Part shown: one piece after another, positions 30,418-47,889 of the stretch | Numbering within the stretch: position 1 is the stretch's first letter | How the letters are laid out: each line of letters starts with the position of its first letter | Assembly: GCA_964016885.1 (NCBI GenBank) | Contig: OZ024757.1 | Coordinates: 16,430,001-16,494,000, forward strand | Length of the DNA: 64,000 nucleotides | Reading direction: 5' to 3' | Origin: Eledone cirrhosa | Lineage: Eukaryota | The notes under the pieces: model-generated | Told to the model about the DNA's origin: nothing | What the model saw: only the letters and a program-made list of their open reading frames with translations | Database searches by the model: none | Program-made: the position numbers and the translations under genes

Positions 30418-30874
30418 CGCATGCGTGTGTGTGCGTGTGTGTGTGCAAAGTGTTAAAGTTCTCTCCCCGACAGTTCAACCGGATACTGTACAATATGGCT
30501 GACATCTTGCTGATTAAGTGATGTTGTATCGTCTATCTTCAAGTTTGCAAGTCTGAAATGTTATCGCTGATTGTGAGTCGATATATGAAAGCTTCAGTAA
30601 ATATTAAGAGGCCACACTTTTTAGGCCACTCACGCCTTCATATATATAAATACACTGTCACACATAAATACGTAGTTCACTCATTCAAGTTAAGTCAATC
30701 AAGTATGGAGTTATATATACTTACTTACACACACACTCACACATACAGATAGTCACACTCACTCACACATTCAGAGTGGGAGTGAGAGATAGATATACAC
30801 AGAGTCTCACATTCACATGAACTCATTGATAGAATAAAGTATCAGTCAAGTGCTGATGCTGATGTAATGGTTTC

Positions 30875-31263
30875 TCCACCACCACAACCACCGCCTCCAC
30901 CACCGCCACTACGACGATTACCACCACTACGATGACCACCGCTACTACCACCGCCACCAACACCACCGCAACCACCACTACTACGATCATCACCACCACC
31001 ACTACCACCACCACCGCTACCACCACCACCACCACCAGTACCACCAGCACCAGCACCAGTACCACCACCACCACCACTACGATGACCACCGCTACCACCA
31101 CCACCACCACCACCAACACCACCGCAACCACCACCAGTACCACCACCACCTCCACCACCAGTACCACCACCACCACCACTACGATGACCACCGCTACTAC
31201 CACCGCCACCAGCACCACCGCAACCACCACTACGACGACCATTACCACCACCACCACCACCAC
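30875..31263. repeat. (CAC/TAC)n repeat
   Basis: Seen directly. Confidence 0.9.
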
Positions 31264-31608
31264 TTGATTGTTAGCCCTTGAGCCTAATTTGGAAACAATT
31301 ATTAAGAAACGGACCAGACAAATACAATTTGTCTAAATCGACTCTTGTCATCGCTCCACCATTTTCCAGCAATCGTATTTTGTAAATACAGATCTATATA
31401 TCAGATCGAACACAATTACTTAGTGGTATAAATGGTGTACTCAATAGCAATGTAGAGTTTTAATATTCACTTTACTGCGGCTAAATAGTGGATCTTGTTT
31501 CTCTGGAGTTTCACTTGCTTATCACAGAGTCATTAGGATCCCGTGATAAACAGGCGAAACTCTCATTATTTTGGCTTCACGAAATGAATATATACATACA
31601 TACACACA

Positions 31609-31916
<308 letters not shown>

Positions 31917-31921
<5 letters not shown>

Positions 31922-32440
31922 AATTAAGTTAAAAATGTACATCCACATATGTATACTGAAATACTAGTATGCATATGAATACACACACGTGTACATATGT
32001 AGATGTACCGAGTTTTCACTGGTCACTTTACTGTGAGTGTCCAGCTATTCTGTATGTAGACACACAGACAAACCGGTTCTTAGAGTCATACTGGTTTTTG
32101 AGGAAACACCTTTCCTCTATTCTCCAGAAAGCCAGACAAGGAATATTGGACTAGTTTCGATGTTGTTACATCTCATCAGCAATATTTACCTATCTTCCGG
32201 CTTCTCTAGAGAATCGTGAAAGCACATATCGTTATATGCTTTTTCTATGAAAATTAGTAGTGGGCAGACCAATTTGCATAGAGCGTGAGTACGTACCGGT
32301 TCAACGGAGACGATAAAAACAAATAACGAAACGAAATTAAATTTCGTTTCGTTTGTAACTCACTTTTGTATGACTGGCGCTTAAACAATTAAGTTAAAAA
32401 TGTACATCCACATATGTATACTGAAATACTAGTATGCATA
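31917..32440 (-). mobile_element. Retrozyme-like unit: 465-bp period, ~59-bp terminal redundancy, one internal hammerhead
   Basis: Direct repeats 31917-31975 and 32382-32440; hammerhead at 32142-32186. Confidence 0.6.
32142..32186 (-). ncRNA. Canonical minimal type I hammerhead ribozyme
   Basis: Minus strand: AATATTG-CTGATGA-GATGT aaca ACATC-GAAA-CTAG-TC|CAATATT; stems I and II pair perfectly. Confidence 0.88.
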
Positions 32441-32567
32441 CAAAGACGGTGTGGTAAGAACTAGGAAAATACTCGAGACTTAGGGTAGCAGAGTGGGTAA
32501 TAGGAAAAGATTCAGGACGCCGACGGCTGAGCTCCGGCCGTTTCGACAGTTAGATCCGAAGTTCGGA
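32441..32567 (-). mobile_element. P1-variant PLE terminus
   Basis: Homologous to 10231-10370. Confidence 0.7.
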
Positions 32568-32639
32568 TATATATATATATATATATATGCGTCTGTGTGT
32601 GTGTGTGTGTGCTGAACACCGCACTATATATATATATAT

Positions 32640-32830
32640 AATCGCTTTGATAGGTTTCGGCCAGTATTGGCCCAGGCCATGTTTTACTTAATACCACCAC
32701 CTGGCATATATATGTTTCAATAAGGAATAACCAGGATTTAAAGCAAATAATTTAATTGTTTGCCGAACGTTTCGATTAAAATAACAGGAATATTCATTCC
32801 TATTATATTAATCTCTTCAGAATCTGTTAC
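32640..32830 (-). mobile_element. PLE-type terminus with hammerhead-like core
   Basis: Minus strand: CTGAAGA-long AT-rich stem II-GAAA-CG-TT; stem I not evident. Confidence 0.45.
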
Positions 32831-33226
32831 ATATCATTAATATTTACCAATACATGTCTATAAGACAATCACATAATCCTTGTTATTCTCTATTGATTTA
32901 TATATATAGTCCTATATATAGTCCTTGATATTGTAAAACTACTGTCATTAGAAACTTACCGATTGGATTAAACTCTGAACTGTCTCTTACCTATTTTGTT
33001 CATTGTATTATCACCTCATATAAACTTGTGTATATATATATATATATATATAGGGTCAAACTGCCAAAGTCTATCACGGCTGAAGACCCTGGAGTTCTGT
33101 CTTTCGTTTGTATTTTTGTTTTCAAAAATTATTTTTTTAAGGTTTCCCCTTCAAAAAATTGTTTTTCGATTTGCTTTTTTTCCTCTCGTAGTCTTGGCTT
33201 TACTTTGTTAGTTTTCCTAAGTTTAA

Positions 33227-33362
<136 letters not shown>

Positions 33363-33532
33363 CGCACGCCACATCGGACACTGGATTAGTCCCTTTTATT
33401 TTCCTCCGAAGAAAAGATTTTAATCTCGAAATATTAAGACATATAAATAAATTAAGGTAAAAACACTTGTTTCATCCAAATTGTTTATTTATTCGTCCAT
33501 TTCTCATTGTCGTGGCTTTCAAACTTTGAATT

Positions 33533-33590
<58 letters not shown>

Positions 33591-33593
<3 letters not shown>

Positions 33594-34375
33594 TATGAAG
33601 AGAGAAGAAACATTTAGATATAATTAGTAATAAAATGTATCATACCTAAACTGCTCCTAAATTCTTCGACTACGTAGTTTCGTGGCATAAACAAAAACAA
33701 TATATCATAAAGATATAGAGTCCTTGCGAGGTCTGCCGACTTATCAAGAGGATACCTCATTTTACTAGTCTCAAGAACGCGTCTACACGACGTGAGAAAG
33801 AATCCCAAAAGGCGGAGGGGGAGATAGTCACGCGATATAACGGTCGAGAAACAGAGCTAAGCCTCTTATAACCCCGAAGAAAATACCACGGAGGCGGAGG
33901 GGGTATTTATATCGAGGCCGTAGAAGAGGTGGTGAAGAAGGCGAGAAGTATGAGTAATGGAAGCCTTCCAGCTGTCCCCACACTTCAAAGATTGCTCGAC
34001 CAGAGGGAGTTATTAACAATATAATTAGAAACACACAGATACATGCGGACACACACATATATACATGAATGCATCCGCACCCAACTGTGAGTTAAGGGTG
34101 CCAACTTCACCGATGTTGCTCAATGAATGACTGGGACAGACCAATTCAGTTGAACTAGACTGAACCAGTATCAGAGTTAAAAATACATTATGAAGAGAGA
34201 AGAAACATTTAGATATAATTAGTAATAAAATGTATCATACCTAAACTGCTCCTAAATTCCTCGTCTACGTAGTTTCGTGGCATAAACAAAAACAATATAT
34301 CATAAAGATATAGAGTCCTTGCGAGGTCTGCCGACTTATCAAGAGGATACCTCATTTTACTAGTCTCAAGAACGC

Positions 34376-34380
<5 letters not shown>
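33591..34380 (-). mobile_element. Retrozyme-like or tandem-pLTR element: 195-bp direct repeats (period 595) each with a U3-A8 hammerhead
   Basis: Repeats 33591-33785 and 34186-34380; minus strand TCCTC-TTGATAA...GAAA-CTACGTAG-TC|GA(A/G)GA; (TA)n flanks; TATAAATA on minus at 33911-33904. Confidence 0.7.
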
Positions 34381-34469
<89 letters not shown>

Positions 34470-34774
34470 TTGAGGTTGGTAATGGCACATGGAATATATA
34501 AGAGACAGAGTACTTTTTTGTGAAAAAACATATAATTTTATAAGGTAAGGAAAGAATAAAGGGTATAAAAAATGACCGGTTTCGATGTTTGAAAAGATGG
34601 TTTTTGCAGACCCATCGAAACCGGTCATTTTTTATACCCTTTATTCTTTCCTTACCTTATAAAATTATATGTTTTTTCACAAAAAAGTACTCTGTCTCTT
34701 ATATATTCCATGTGCCATTACCAACCTCAATGTTCTCTATAACCTTCGTTTTGTGTAGAAACTTACACTTTTCA
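34470..34774. mobile_element. Fold-back insertion with ~120-bp near-perfect arms and tail
   Basis: Arms truncated at CATC-GAAA-CCGG-TC (3' half of a hammerhead); tail 34731-34774. Confidence 0.8.
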
Positions 34775-34941
34775 TATATATATATATATATATATATAAT
34801 ATTTTTCTTATGCTTCTTCCGCCTTTGGTATCTTTTCTTATATAAATGTTGATACTTATGCTTACTTCTCATATTATGTATCCTCCTAATGTTCTTATGA
34901 CAAACCTCTGATATTATATTTGTGTTTCAACCTGTATCATA

Positions 34942-34990
34942 TACTCCGATGACATCGGCTTTGTGCTAGGATGAAACGATCGTAAGTGAT
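34942..34990 (+). ncRNA. Hammerhead-like motif (U4C variant)
   Basis: ACT-CCGATGA-cATC...GAT-GAAA-CGATCG-TA|AGT, ~45 nt upstream of (TA)n. Confidence 0.5.
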
Positions 34991-35046
34991 TAAATGTCCT
35001 AAACACTATTTGATTGTTATTTATAAAGTATATATATATGTGTGTG

Positions 35047-35161
<115 letters not shown>

Positions 35162-35182
35162 ATATGTATGTATGTATATATG

Positions 35183-35722
35183 TTGGCGACTAAACTGGCA
35201 ACCCACGAAGGTTTCTTGGTGAGGAGGGTGACTTTGGACATCCTGCAGGACTAAAAACAAAACCTGTCAAAGGGCAAAGGAGCTCTTAAGAGTCAATGGC
35301 CATCCAAAATCACCGGGAGAGATGACCCCTTAGCCTTTATCAAGGCAGAATTCTAGGAGAAGGAAAACTCTGATATAACACCTGCAACCCTGATGGTATC
35401 CAATGATGTTGACTTGTTCTTCTTTTTGGTAAATATCATCTTGGTTAAGAGAGTGGGACTGGCTTTGTGCAGTGCCTTTGCTCACTATAAAAGCTTCACA
35501 GCACAGGCATTGCTTTATATCTGGAGATCTCTCTGCACTTGTCGTCACATGGTACCATGGGCCCAGCACTATGTGTCAATAATTGTCACAAGTGTAGTGT
35601 TTGTACCAGAGTTTTCAAGTCGCTGGCTGGACTAAAGTCACACTCGTTCAGCGCATCGGTAGGGGTTCTCCTACATGGATATAAAGTAGTGGCCGTACTC
35701 GAAAACGAGTTGGCAGCCGCCA
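35183..35722 (+). mobile_element. Bipartite RTE derivative, 5'-truncated copy of 5101-5709
   Basis: Near-identical sequence. Confidence 0.7.
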
Positions 35723-35775
35723 TATATGTATATATATATATATATATGTATGCATGTATGTATATATATATGTAT

Positions 35776-35812
<37 letters not shown>

Positions 35813-35814
35813 CG

Positions 35815-36358
35815 TAGGTCCCGGGTTGAGTCACAGTAAGTAAGGTACTCAATACATGGCAGAGTAAAAAATGTTTATTGTATAGAAGGAGCTTCTACAG
35901 GACTAGTACTATTTCATTCAGATGAAATCTTCAGGAAGCTGGGTGTCATATTAAGTTCTGGTATTTATACATTTAGGTAGTGGCAAGGGAGGGGTGGTGG
36001 CTGGGGGGGGATTTTTGGGGGTATATATATGTGATTATATATGTATGTGTGTATATGTATATATGTATATATGTGTGTATGTATGTGTTTGTGTGTGTGT
36101 GTGTGTATGTATGTGTATGTATGTATATGTGTGCATATGTATGTATGTGTATGTATAGTATAGTTTATACCGAGAGACATACATACATGTATGTGTGTAT
36201 ATATATATATATATGTGTATACGCACGTGTGTATGTGTAAGAGATACATATATGTGTGTGTATGTGTATGCGTGTGTGTGTGTATATTTGTGTGTTTGTG
36301 TTTTTTCTTGTGTGTATATATATATATGTGTGTATATATATGTGTGTGTGTGTATATA

Positions 36359-36421
<63 letters not shown>

Positions 36422-37153
36422 GCATATGTGTGTATATGTATATATATATATGTATATGTGTGTGTATAGGTATGCATATATATATATGTGTGTGTGTAAG
36501 TGTTTATGTATGTGGTTGTGAGTATGTAAATATATTTTATTCTTTCCATTCTACAAAAACACTCTGGCCACCTGGGGCTTGTATGTTAACTTGACCACTC
36601 ACCTCAGTCTGTGCTATGATTCGGTCTTGTTTATCTTCTATTACCAACCCACCTAAAAAGATTTCCCTACTATATATCTGTTGAATTACTATTCTTGGGT
36701 TTTTTTATTTATTTATATTTTTTTTATTTATTTTCTTTATTTATTTATTCATTTATCTATTTATTCATTTATTTACTTATTTATTTATTTCAAAAAAGCA
36801 CTCTGGCTAATTGACCACTCCCCAAAGAAAAAACGGCCTGTGCCATGTTGTGGTTCTGTGTATCTAAATACCATCCTACCCCAAAAATCCCCCCCTCCCC
36901 AGCCACCACCCCTCCCTTGCCACTACCTAAATGTATAAATACTTGTTTCTACTTTAGGCACAAGGCCAGCAAATATCCAGTGCATTACTGGTACTTTATT
37001 TTATCGACCCCGTAAGGATGAAAGGCAAAGTCAACCTCGGCGGGATTTGAACTCATGTATAAATACTAGAACTTAATATGACATGTATAAATACTAGAAC
37101 TTAATATGACATCCAGCTTCCTGAAGATTTCATCTGAATGAAACAGTACTAGT
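35815..37153. mobile_element. Large P0-related fold-back PLE remnant with a nested S1 SINE (36942-37056)
   Basis: ~35905-36020 is inverted relative to 36880-36942 plus 37057-37153; AGCTTC-CTGAAGA-TTTCATCTGAAT-GAAAC-AGTACT-AGT core; tail on the left arm. Confidence 0.7.
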
Positions 37154-38661
37154 ATATATATATATATATATATATAATAAAATATAGAGAAAAATACTGC
37201 AGGTAGCACATGGATAACATGTAATAAAATGAGTCCCTCATCAGTGATTTGCCGACGATCATCGATATTTCATTGCATTAAAAATCAAATATATACATGT
37301 TTAGTTGTTTCTCACGTTGACAGTTAGATATGAAATTCTTTACAAATGTCCATTGGTATTTTTTACATTTTTACACTTTGAAATCGAATCTTGCTTTATC
37401 ACGGCCCAGCCCACGAATGTGCCGCGGTAGATGATGCTTTGAGAAGTAGTAGTTTAGTTAGTTATTAATTTATTGTCAATTACTACTCGTTAAGGAATGA
37501 GATGTATTAAAAATCTGTGGAAATTCTAATTCTGAGAATAACAACACACAGTGAAACTTTAAAGTAATATGGCGACCGTATTCATCTAAATATTCTATTG
37601 TCTTTTGATGTTCATCAATTATTTATATATTCCTGAATTAAAATTAAATTATTTCTTAGTTAAATAATTAATTTCACCCTAAGTTAATTCAATACAACCT
37701 AAAATCTTTCGCTTCTTGTTTGTATGGAGGGATATCATTACAATTTGAATGTCGGTCAGGTTTTCACATCCTTGGATATTGGAATGTAATATATTATTAA
37801 ATTCCTGATATTTTAATTAGCGGATTTATTTGATAAACTAGTATTTAATTTCCATACAGTTTTACATACGCACCAGCCTCTCTGGTACTCTTTCTCTCTC
37901 TCTCTCTATCTATCTATCTCTGCCCATGTTGTCATTGTTTTGTTTTGTTTGTTGCTGTTGTTTTCCTTGTGTGTATGGTGTGTGTGTGTATGAGTGTGTG
38001 CGTGTATCTATATGAGTGTGTGTATATATGTATGAGTGTGTGTTTGTATGATAGTATGTGTAAGAGTCTGTCTGTATGAGTGTGTGTTTATGTGTGTGTG
38101 TGTGTGTGAGCGTTTGTATGAGTGTGTGTGTATGAGTATGTTTGTATGAGTGTGTGTGTTTGTCTGTATGTGTTATTTGGGGTGGGTCTACGACTGTCAG
38201 TTGCCCGTTGTTCAACATCAACACCAATCAAATTAAATTTGTAGCGGTGGAGTCTTTTGGGGTTCTTGGTCTCCCGAAATCCCCTCCCTGATGGCCATCT
38301 GCAGTAGTGAGTCCAACCAATTGAAATGGCTATTTAAACACATCTCTCCTTCGCTATCCTCTCCTCCGGGAATAACACTTTTCCCATTCCATCCTTCGCT
38401 AATTACATGGGGCGAGTTGCGGCCTGGATTTTTCGTTATAGAGAGCATTCTCCCACAATGTCCGGCTTCGTATCATTGAGGTAGTAATGGTATAGGTTGT
38501 TGATATCTACAACGTTTCCTCGCACACACGCACGCACACGCACACACATACACAAACACAAACACACACACACGCACACACACACACACACACGCGCACA
38601 CATACACACACGCGCACACATACACACACGCGCACACATACACAAACACAAACACACACAA

Positions 38662-38694
<33 letters not shown>

Positions 38695-38728
38695 CACACG
38701 CACACACACGCGCACACATACACAAACA

Positions 38729-38770
<42 letters not shown>

Positions 38771-38814
38771 CACACGCACACACACGCGCACACATACACA
38801 AACACAAACACACA

Positions 38815-38887
<73 letters not shown>

Positions 38888-39449
38888 GAACGCACGGGCC
38901 TGCACAATCGCACACATACGCATATACTCTTGGGTCCCAAATAATAGGGGGTAAGTGGAATAAGCATGTGTTGAAATAAGCGGAGGTTCAGAAAATCCGT
39001 AATTTTTCTAGGTCGTCTCCGTTGATTTAAAAAAGAAGACAGAATTAGTCGTTTAGTTTACATATTGAGACCCTAACCCAACCTATTTATTTTGTATAAT
39101 GTTTTGTTTTTTTAATGTATAAAGAAAATTAATTGTCGCAGGAATGCTAGCACTTAAAACTTAAAATAATATTTCGCTGGAGATAGATTAGCAAAATGTA
39201 ATAAGACGTGGGGAGGGGAGATACGAGATGGGGTGGAAAAAATCTGAAAAAAAATAATAAATGTGTGGGGGTTAGTGGCGATTCGAGACCAGAGTGTACA
39301 TACGCACCCACTCACTATATACACATGTACAATGTTAGGAATACAATATTGGATGGTCATTGACTCTCACGAGTTCCTCCTGAGATGAGGAAGTGGTGTG
39401 CAGTTGAGAAAGTTATCCTGTTTAATTGTTTATGCCTAATTACGAAAAT

Positions 39450-39596
39450 ACCGTTTAACGTCCATTTTCCATGCTTGCATGGGTTAGACAGCTGTCACGT
39501 GTGAGGCCAGGCAGATCAGGTGACTAGATCCTGCTTGTACGCTTTGGCTTCGTTTCTATGGCTGAATACTCTTCCTAACACCAACCTCTTTACAGT
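39450..39596. mobile_element. Dispersed SINE-like repeat fragment
   Basis: CGTTTAACGTCCATTTTCCATGC...CTTCCTAACACCAACC resembles an octopus interspersed repeat as I recall it; single copy here. Confidence 0.35.
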
Positions 39597-39614
39597 ACTA
39601 GCGGTGAGAGTGAA

Positions 39615-40604
39615 CAAGAGTGTGGGTGAGCTTAAAACTGGTTGTGGGTTAGCTGTGAGTGAGGTCAAGTGTGGGTGAGAGTAAAACTGGTTGTGGATTA
39701 TCTGTGAGTGGGGTCAAGTGTGGGTGAGCTTAAAACTGGTTGTGGGTTAGCTGTGAGTGGGGTCAAGTGTGGGTGAGAGTAAAACTGGTTGTGGATTAGC
39801 TGTGAGTGGGGTCAAGTGTGGGTGAGCTTAAAACTGGTTGTGGGTTAGCTGTGAGTGGGGTCAAGTGTGGGTGAGAGTAAAACTGGTTGTGGATTAGCTG
39901 TGAGTGAGGTCAAGTGTGGGTGAGAGTAAAACTGGTTGTGGGTTAGCTGTGAGTGGGAACAAGAGTGTGGGTGAAAGTAAAATTGGTTGTGGGTTAGCTG
40001 TGAGTGGGAACAAGAGTGTGGGTGAAAGTAAAATTGGTTGTGGGTTAGCTGTGAGTGGGGTCAAGTGTGGGTGAGAGTAAAACTGGTTGTGGATTAGCTG
40101 TGAGTGAGGTCAAGTGTGGGTGAGAGTAAAACTGGTTGTGGGTTAGCTGTGAGTGGGAACAAGAGTGTGGGTGAAAGTAAAACTGGTTGTGGGTTAGCTG
40201 TGAGTGGGGTCAAGTGTGGGTGAGAGTAAAACCTTGTTGTGGGTTAGCTGTGAGTGGGAACAAGAGTGTGGGTGAAAGTAAAATTGGTTGTGGGTTAGCT
40301 GTGAGTGGGGTCAAGTGTGGGTGAGAGTAAAACTGGTTGTGGGTTAGCTGTGAGTGGGAACAAGAGTGTGGGTGAAAGTAAAACTGGTTGTGGATTAGCT
40401 GTGAGTGAGGTCAAGTGTGGGTGAGAGTAAAACTGGTTGTGGATTAGCTGTGAGTGAGGTCAAGTGTGGGTGAGAGTAAAACTGGTTGTGGGTTAGCTGT
40501 GAGTGAGGTCAAGTGTGGGTGAGAGTAAAACTGGTTGTGGGTTAGCTGTGAGTGGGAACAATAGTGTGGGTGAAAGTAAAACTGAGTGTGGGTTAGCTGT
40601 GAGC
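39615..40604. repeat. 49/50-bp minisatellite, ~20 units
   Basis: GTGTGGGTGAGAGTAAAACTGGTTGTGGGTTAGCTGTGAGTGGGGTCAA. Confidence 0.95.
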
Positions 40605-40804
40605 TTTATTTTTCAACATAGTCCCTGCTAAGAAACAATGCAGTTATTCATAAGGATTCACCAGATTTCACAGCTCTAGCATCACTCCTTCATAGTCAGG
40701 CTATGAAATATTCAGCCGACCTCTGTATATCGTCTTTTTCTTCGATGTGGGCGGAGTTCATAAGAAGTCATTAAACGCTAAACTGTTATGTAATATCGTG
40801 ATTC

Positions 40805-41579
40805 ACTTCTTTTTTTCTTCTTCCCCTTCTTCTTCTTCTTCTTCTTCTTTTTCTTTTTCTTCTTTTTCTTCTTCTTATTTTGCTTTTTTCTTCTTTTTTC
40901 TTCTTTTTCTTCTGCTTCTTTTTTTTCTTCTTCATCTTCTTTTTCTTCTACTTCTTTTTCTTTTCTTTGCCTCTTCTTTTTCTTTTCTTCTTTTTCCTTG
41001 TTTCTTCTACTGTTTCTTCTTTTTCTTCTTCTTTTTCTTTCTTCTTTTTTCTTCTTCTTTTTCTGCTTCTTCTGCTTTTCTTCTATTTTTCTTCTTTTCC
41101 TTCTTCCCTCCTCCACCTCCCTTCTTCCTCCACCTCCCTCTCCTCTTCCTTCTCTCTCCTCCACCTCCCTACCTCTCATCCACTCCTCCCTTCTCCAATT
41201 CTAACAACTGCACAACAGGCTGTTATGGTTGAGAGGGCGTGGTGGTGTTTATTTTTTTTGGGGGGGGGGGGGGTTTATTCCCTTCTTCAGTTTTGTCAAT
41301 AAACTGATGCAAGTTTGCAAATCCAGTGGATTGATAGGTGGGCGGCGGGTGGTGTGTGGTGGACAGAGGTGGTTTAATGAAGAAGGAGGAGGGTTTCAAT
41401 CACCAAAGATTTCTAATTATTAGTTTTATTATTAATGTCAGTCCTGTGTGGCTAAATCAGAAACCAACATCATCATCATCGTCATCAGCAATATTATCAT
41501 TATTATTTTTTTTAATTATTATTTTTATTCTTATTATCATCATTATCATCATCATCATCATCATTATTATTATTATTGA

Positions 41580-41616
<37 letters not shown>

Positions 41617-42240
41617 AGGAAGCAGAAAAGAACATTACTATTATTTTTGTATAATTAATCCCTGCTTTCCTATAAATGCTATTTATGGCTGTTTATAGTC
41701 ATTTAATCTCATGGATATTCCTCTCTCGTTTCCAACATCATCATCATCATCATCAGCATCAGCATCATCATCATCATTATTATCATTATCATTATCATCA
41801 TCGTTATTATCATCATCATCATCATTATCATTATCATCATCGTCATCATCATTTACCACTACCATCATCTTCCTCAATATTATGATCGTCACCATCACCA
41901 CCAATATATATATATATATACACATATATATATATATATATATATATCAATGCCGTTATCATCATCATTGACATCATCATCATAATCATAATCATCATCA
42001 TCATCACCATTATCAGCATCACCATCAACACCATCATCATCACTACTACCACCACCATCAACACCATCCTCATTACCGCCACCACCAACCACCATCATCA
42101 CCACTACCACCATCATCACCATCACCACTACTGCGACACCCCACCCCCACCCCACCACAACCACCACCATCATCATCATCATCATCACCCCCACCACCAT
42201 CACCATCATCGTCATCATCACAACCATCACCATCATATCC
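40805..42240. repeat. Polypyrimidine (CTT)n, (ATC)n, (GTT)n and (CAC)n simple-repeat blocks
   Basis: Seen directly. Confidence 0.85.
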
Positions 42241-42875
42241 AGAGGCAATTGTACCCACTTGCGTCACAAGAATTATCCAAGCGTTATCAGAAATACAGAT
42301 TAGAAACAATGGAAGATAATACTATGAAAATTAGATGATGATTAGATCCAGTCACTTCAAATTTAATTTGGGCTTCCTTTAATTTAGTTTCACGGGAGAT
42401 TTCAATATTTGACCTCAGGAATCATGACTTAATCATAAGGGATTTGAACATTTCACCCCTACAATAATAATTTAGGGTACAATTACAACGGAAACTCCAT
42501 TTAATGTTGAACAAACCATTCGTCATTGGTGGCGTACGGCCTTATTATGCGATTATTTGAGAAGAAAGGCGTATGATTATAGGTGTAGTAATGGCGTCTG
42601 GGGTTAACTAAGGCCAATGACATCGAGATAGTTGATAGCGTTCATACGTAATGACACAGCGGATTAGCTTGTCATAAAATATACACTTGTCACACATTAT
42701 ATACCCTCAAACAAATATATCTATTTTATCTTTGTGTGTGTGTGTGTATAAATATATATATAATTATGTACATTCATACCTACATACACACACACACACA
42801 CACACATATGTATATATATATATATATATATATGGTGCGTTATGGTCCACCTGGTTCCTTACCACATTTCCTTCG

Positions 42876-46822
<3,947 letters not shown>

Positions 46823-47074
46823 CATATATATATATATTAGAAAGAGAGATAAATAAATAGATCAAATACATGCTTACATATGTTATACATAAGTATATGT
46901 ATATACACATAAACACGTGTGTTAATATACATATGCATATATCTTATATATATGTGTATGTATATATATATGTGTGTGTGTGTTATGTATGTATGTGTAG
47001 AAGCTAAACATCATTAGTAAGGAAGGACACATTAAATAATGTAGTCCTAGAAACCATTTTTGTTCTTTTTGGTT

Positions 47075-47455
47075 ATTGTGCTAACCATAAGTAAGGCCAT
47101 AAAGCTGCTAAAATGCAAGGGGTTACTGAGAAGGGTTAAGAACAAGATCATGAGAAGATAATTCAAGGAGAGAGGAGATGATGAATGATGTTGCTTTCGA
47201 ATTTGTTCAAATTGTAGTTAGTGGTCAGGAAAGCAAGACACTGGAAGAGAATTCCATAGGCGAAATGTTCAAGGGACGAAACTAGCAGTATAGAATTTAG
47301 GATTTCATTTATGAATTCCAACTGTAAATAGATGAGACCTAGCTGCAAATCTGGTGATCCATTTAAACTCGGGTATACGAGGCAACAAAGTGAAAAGCTC
47401 ATTAGAAAAATTCCCATGAAAATATTTGTAAAAAAAAGGCAAAGAGAAGCAACAT
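47075..47455 (-). mobile_element. CR1-group LINE 3' end
   Basis: Minus strand: FYTASFVP*TFRLWNSLPVSCFPD..YNLNKFES, then a short 3'UTR and A-rich end. Confidence 0.7.
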
Positions 47456-47472
47456 TTCAATGGTTTTATAAT

Positions 47473-47885
47473 TGTTTCTACTTTTGGCACAAGGCCAGCA
47501 ATTACCCAGTTCATTACTGGTACTTTATTTTATCGACCCCGTAAGGATGAAAGGCAAAGTTAACCTCGGCGGGATTTGAACTCAGAATGACAAGGGCCGT
47601 AACTCTATGCGTCAAAGCGTGGCGTCCGACCCTCTACCGATACTGCCAATCCACCGCCAAATGGTTTTATAATGGTTTCTGATATAGGCATAAGACCAAC
47701 AATTGTTTTGGGGGGGTGGGATTCGCTTAAATCGATCCCATTGCATTACTGGTACTTTATTTTATCGACCATGTAAGGATGAAAGGTAAAGCTAACCACG
47801 GCGTGATTTGAACTCAGAGCGTAAAGGGCCATGACTCTATGGTGCAAAGCATGATGTCAGACGCTCTACCGATACTGTCAAACCA
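47473..47885 (-). mobile_element. Two tandem S1-type SINEs; the first has a 14-bp TSD
   Basis: AATGGTTTTATAAT at 47459-47472 and 47660-47673. Confidence 0.88.
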
Positions 47886-47889
47886 CTGG

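Noticed and set aside
38925-39298. Possible MITEs here and at 50300-50437; mariner/hAT remnants at ~40612 and ~37440
   Set aside because: TIR similarity too weak to support a call by eye.
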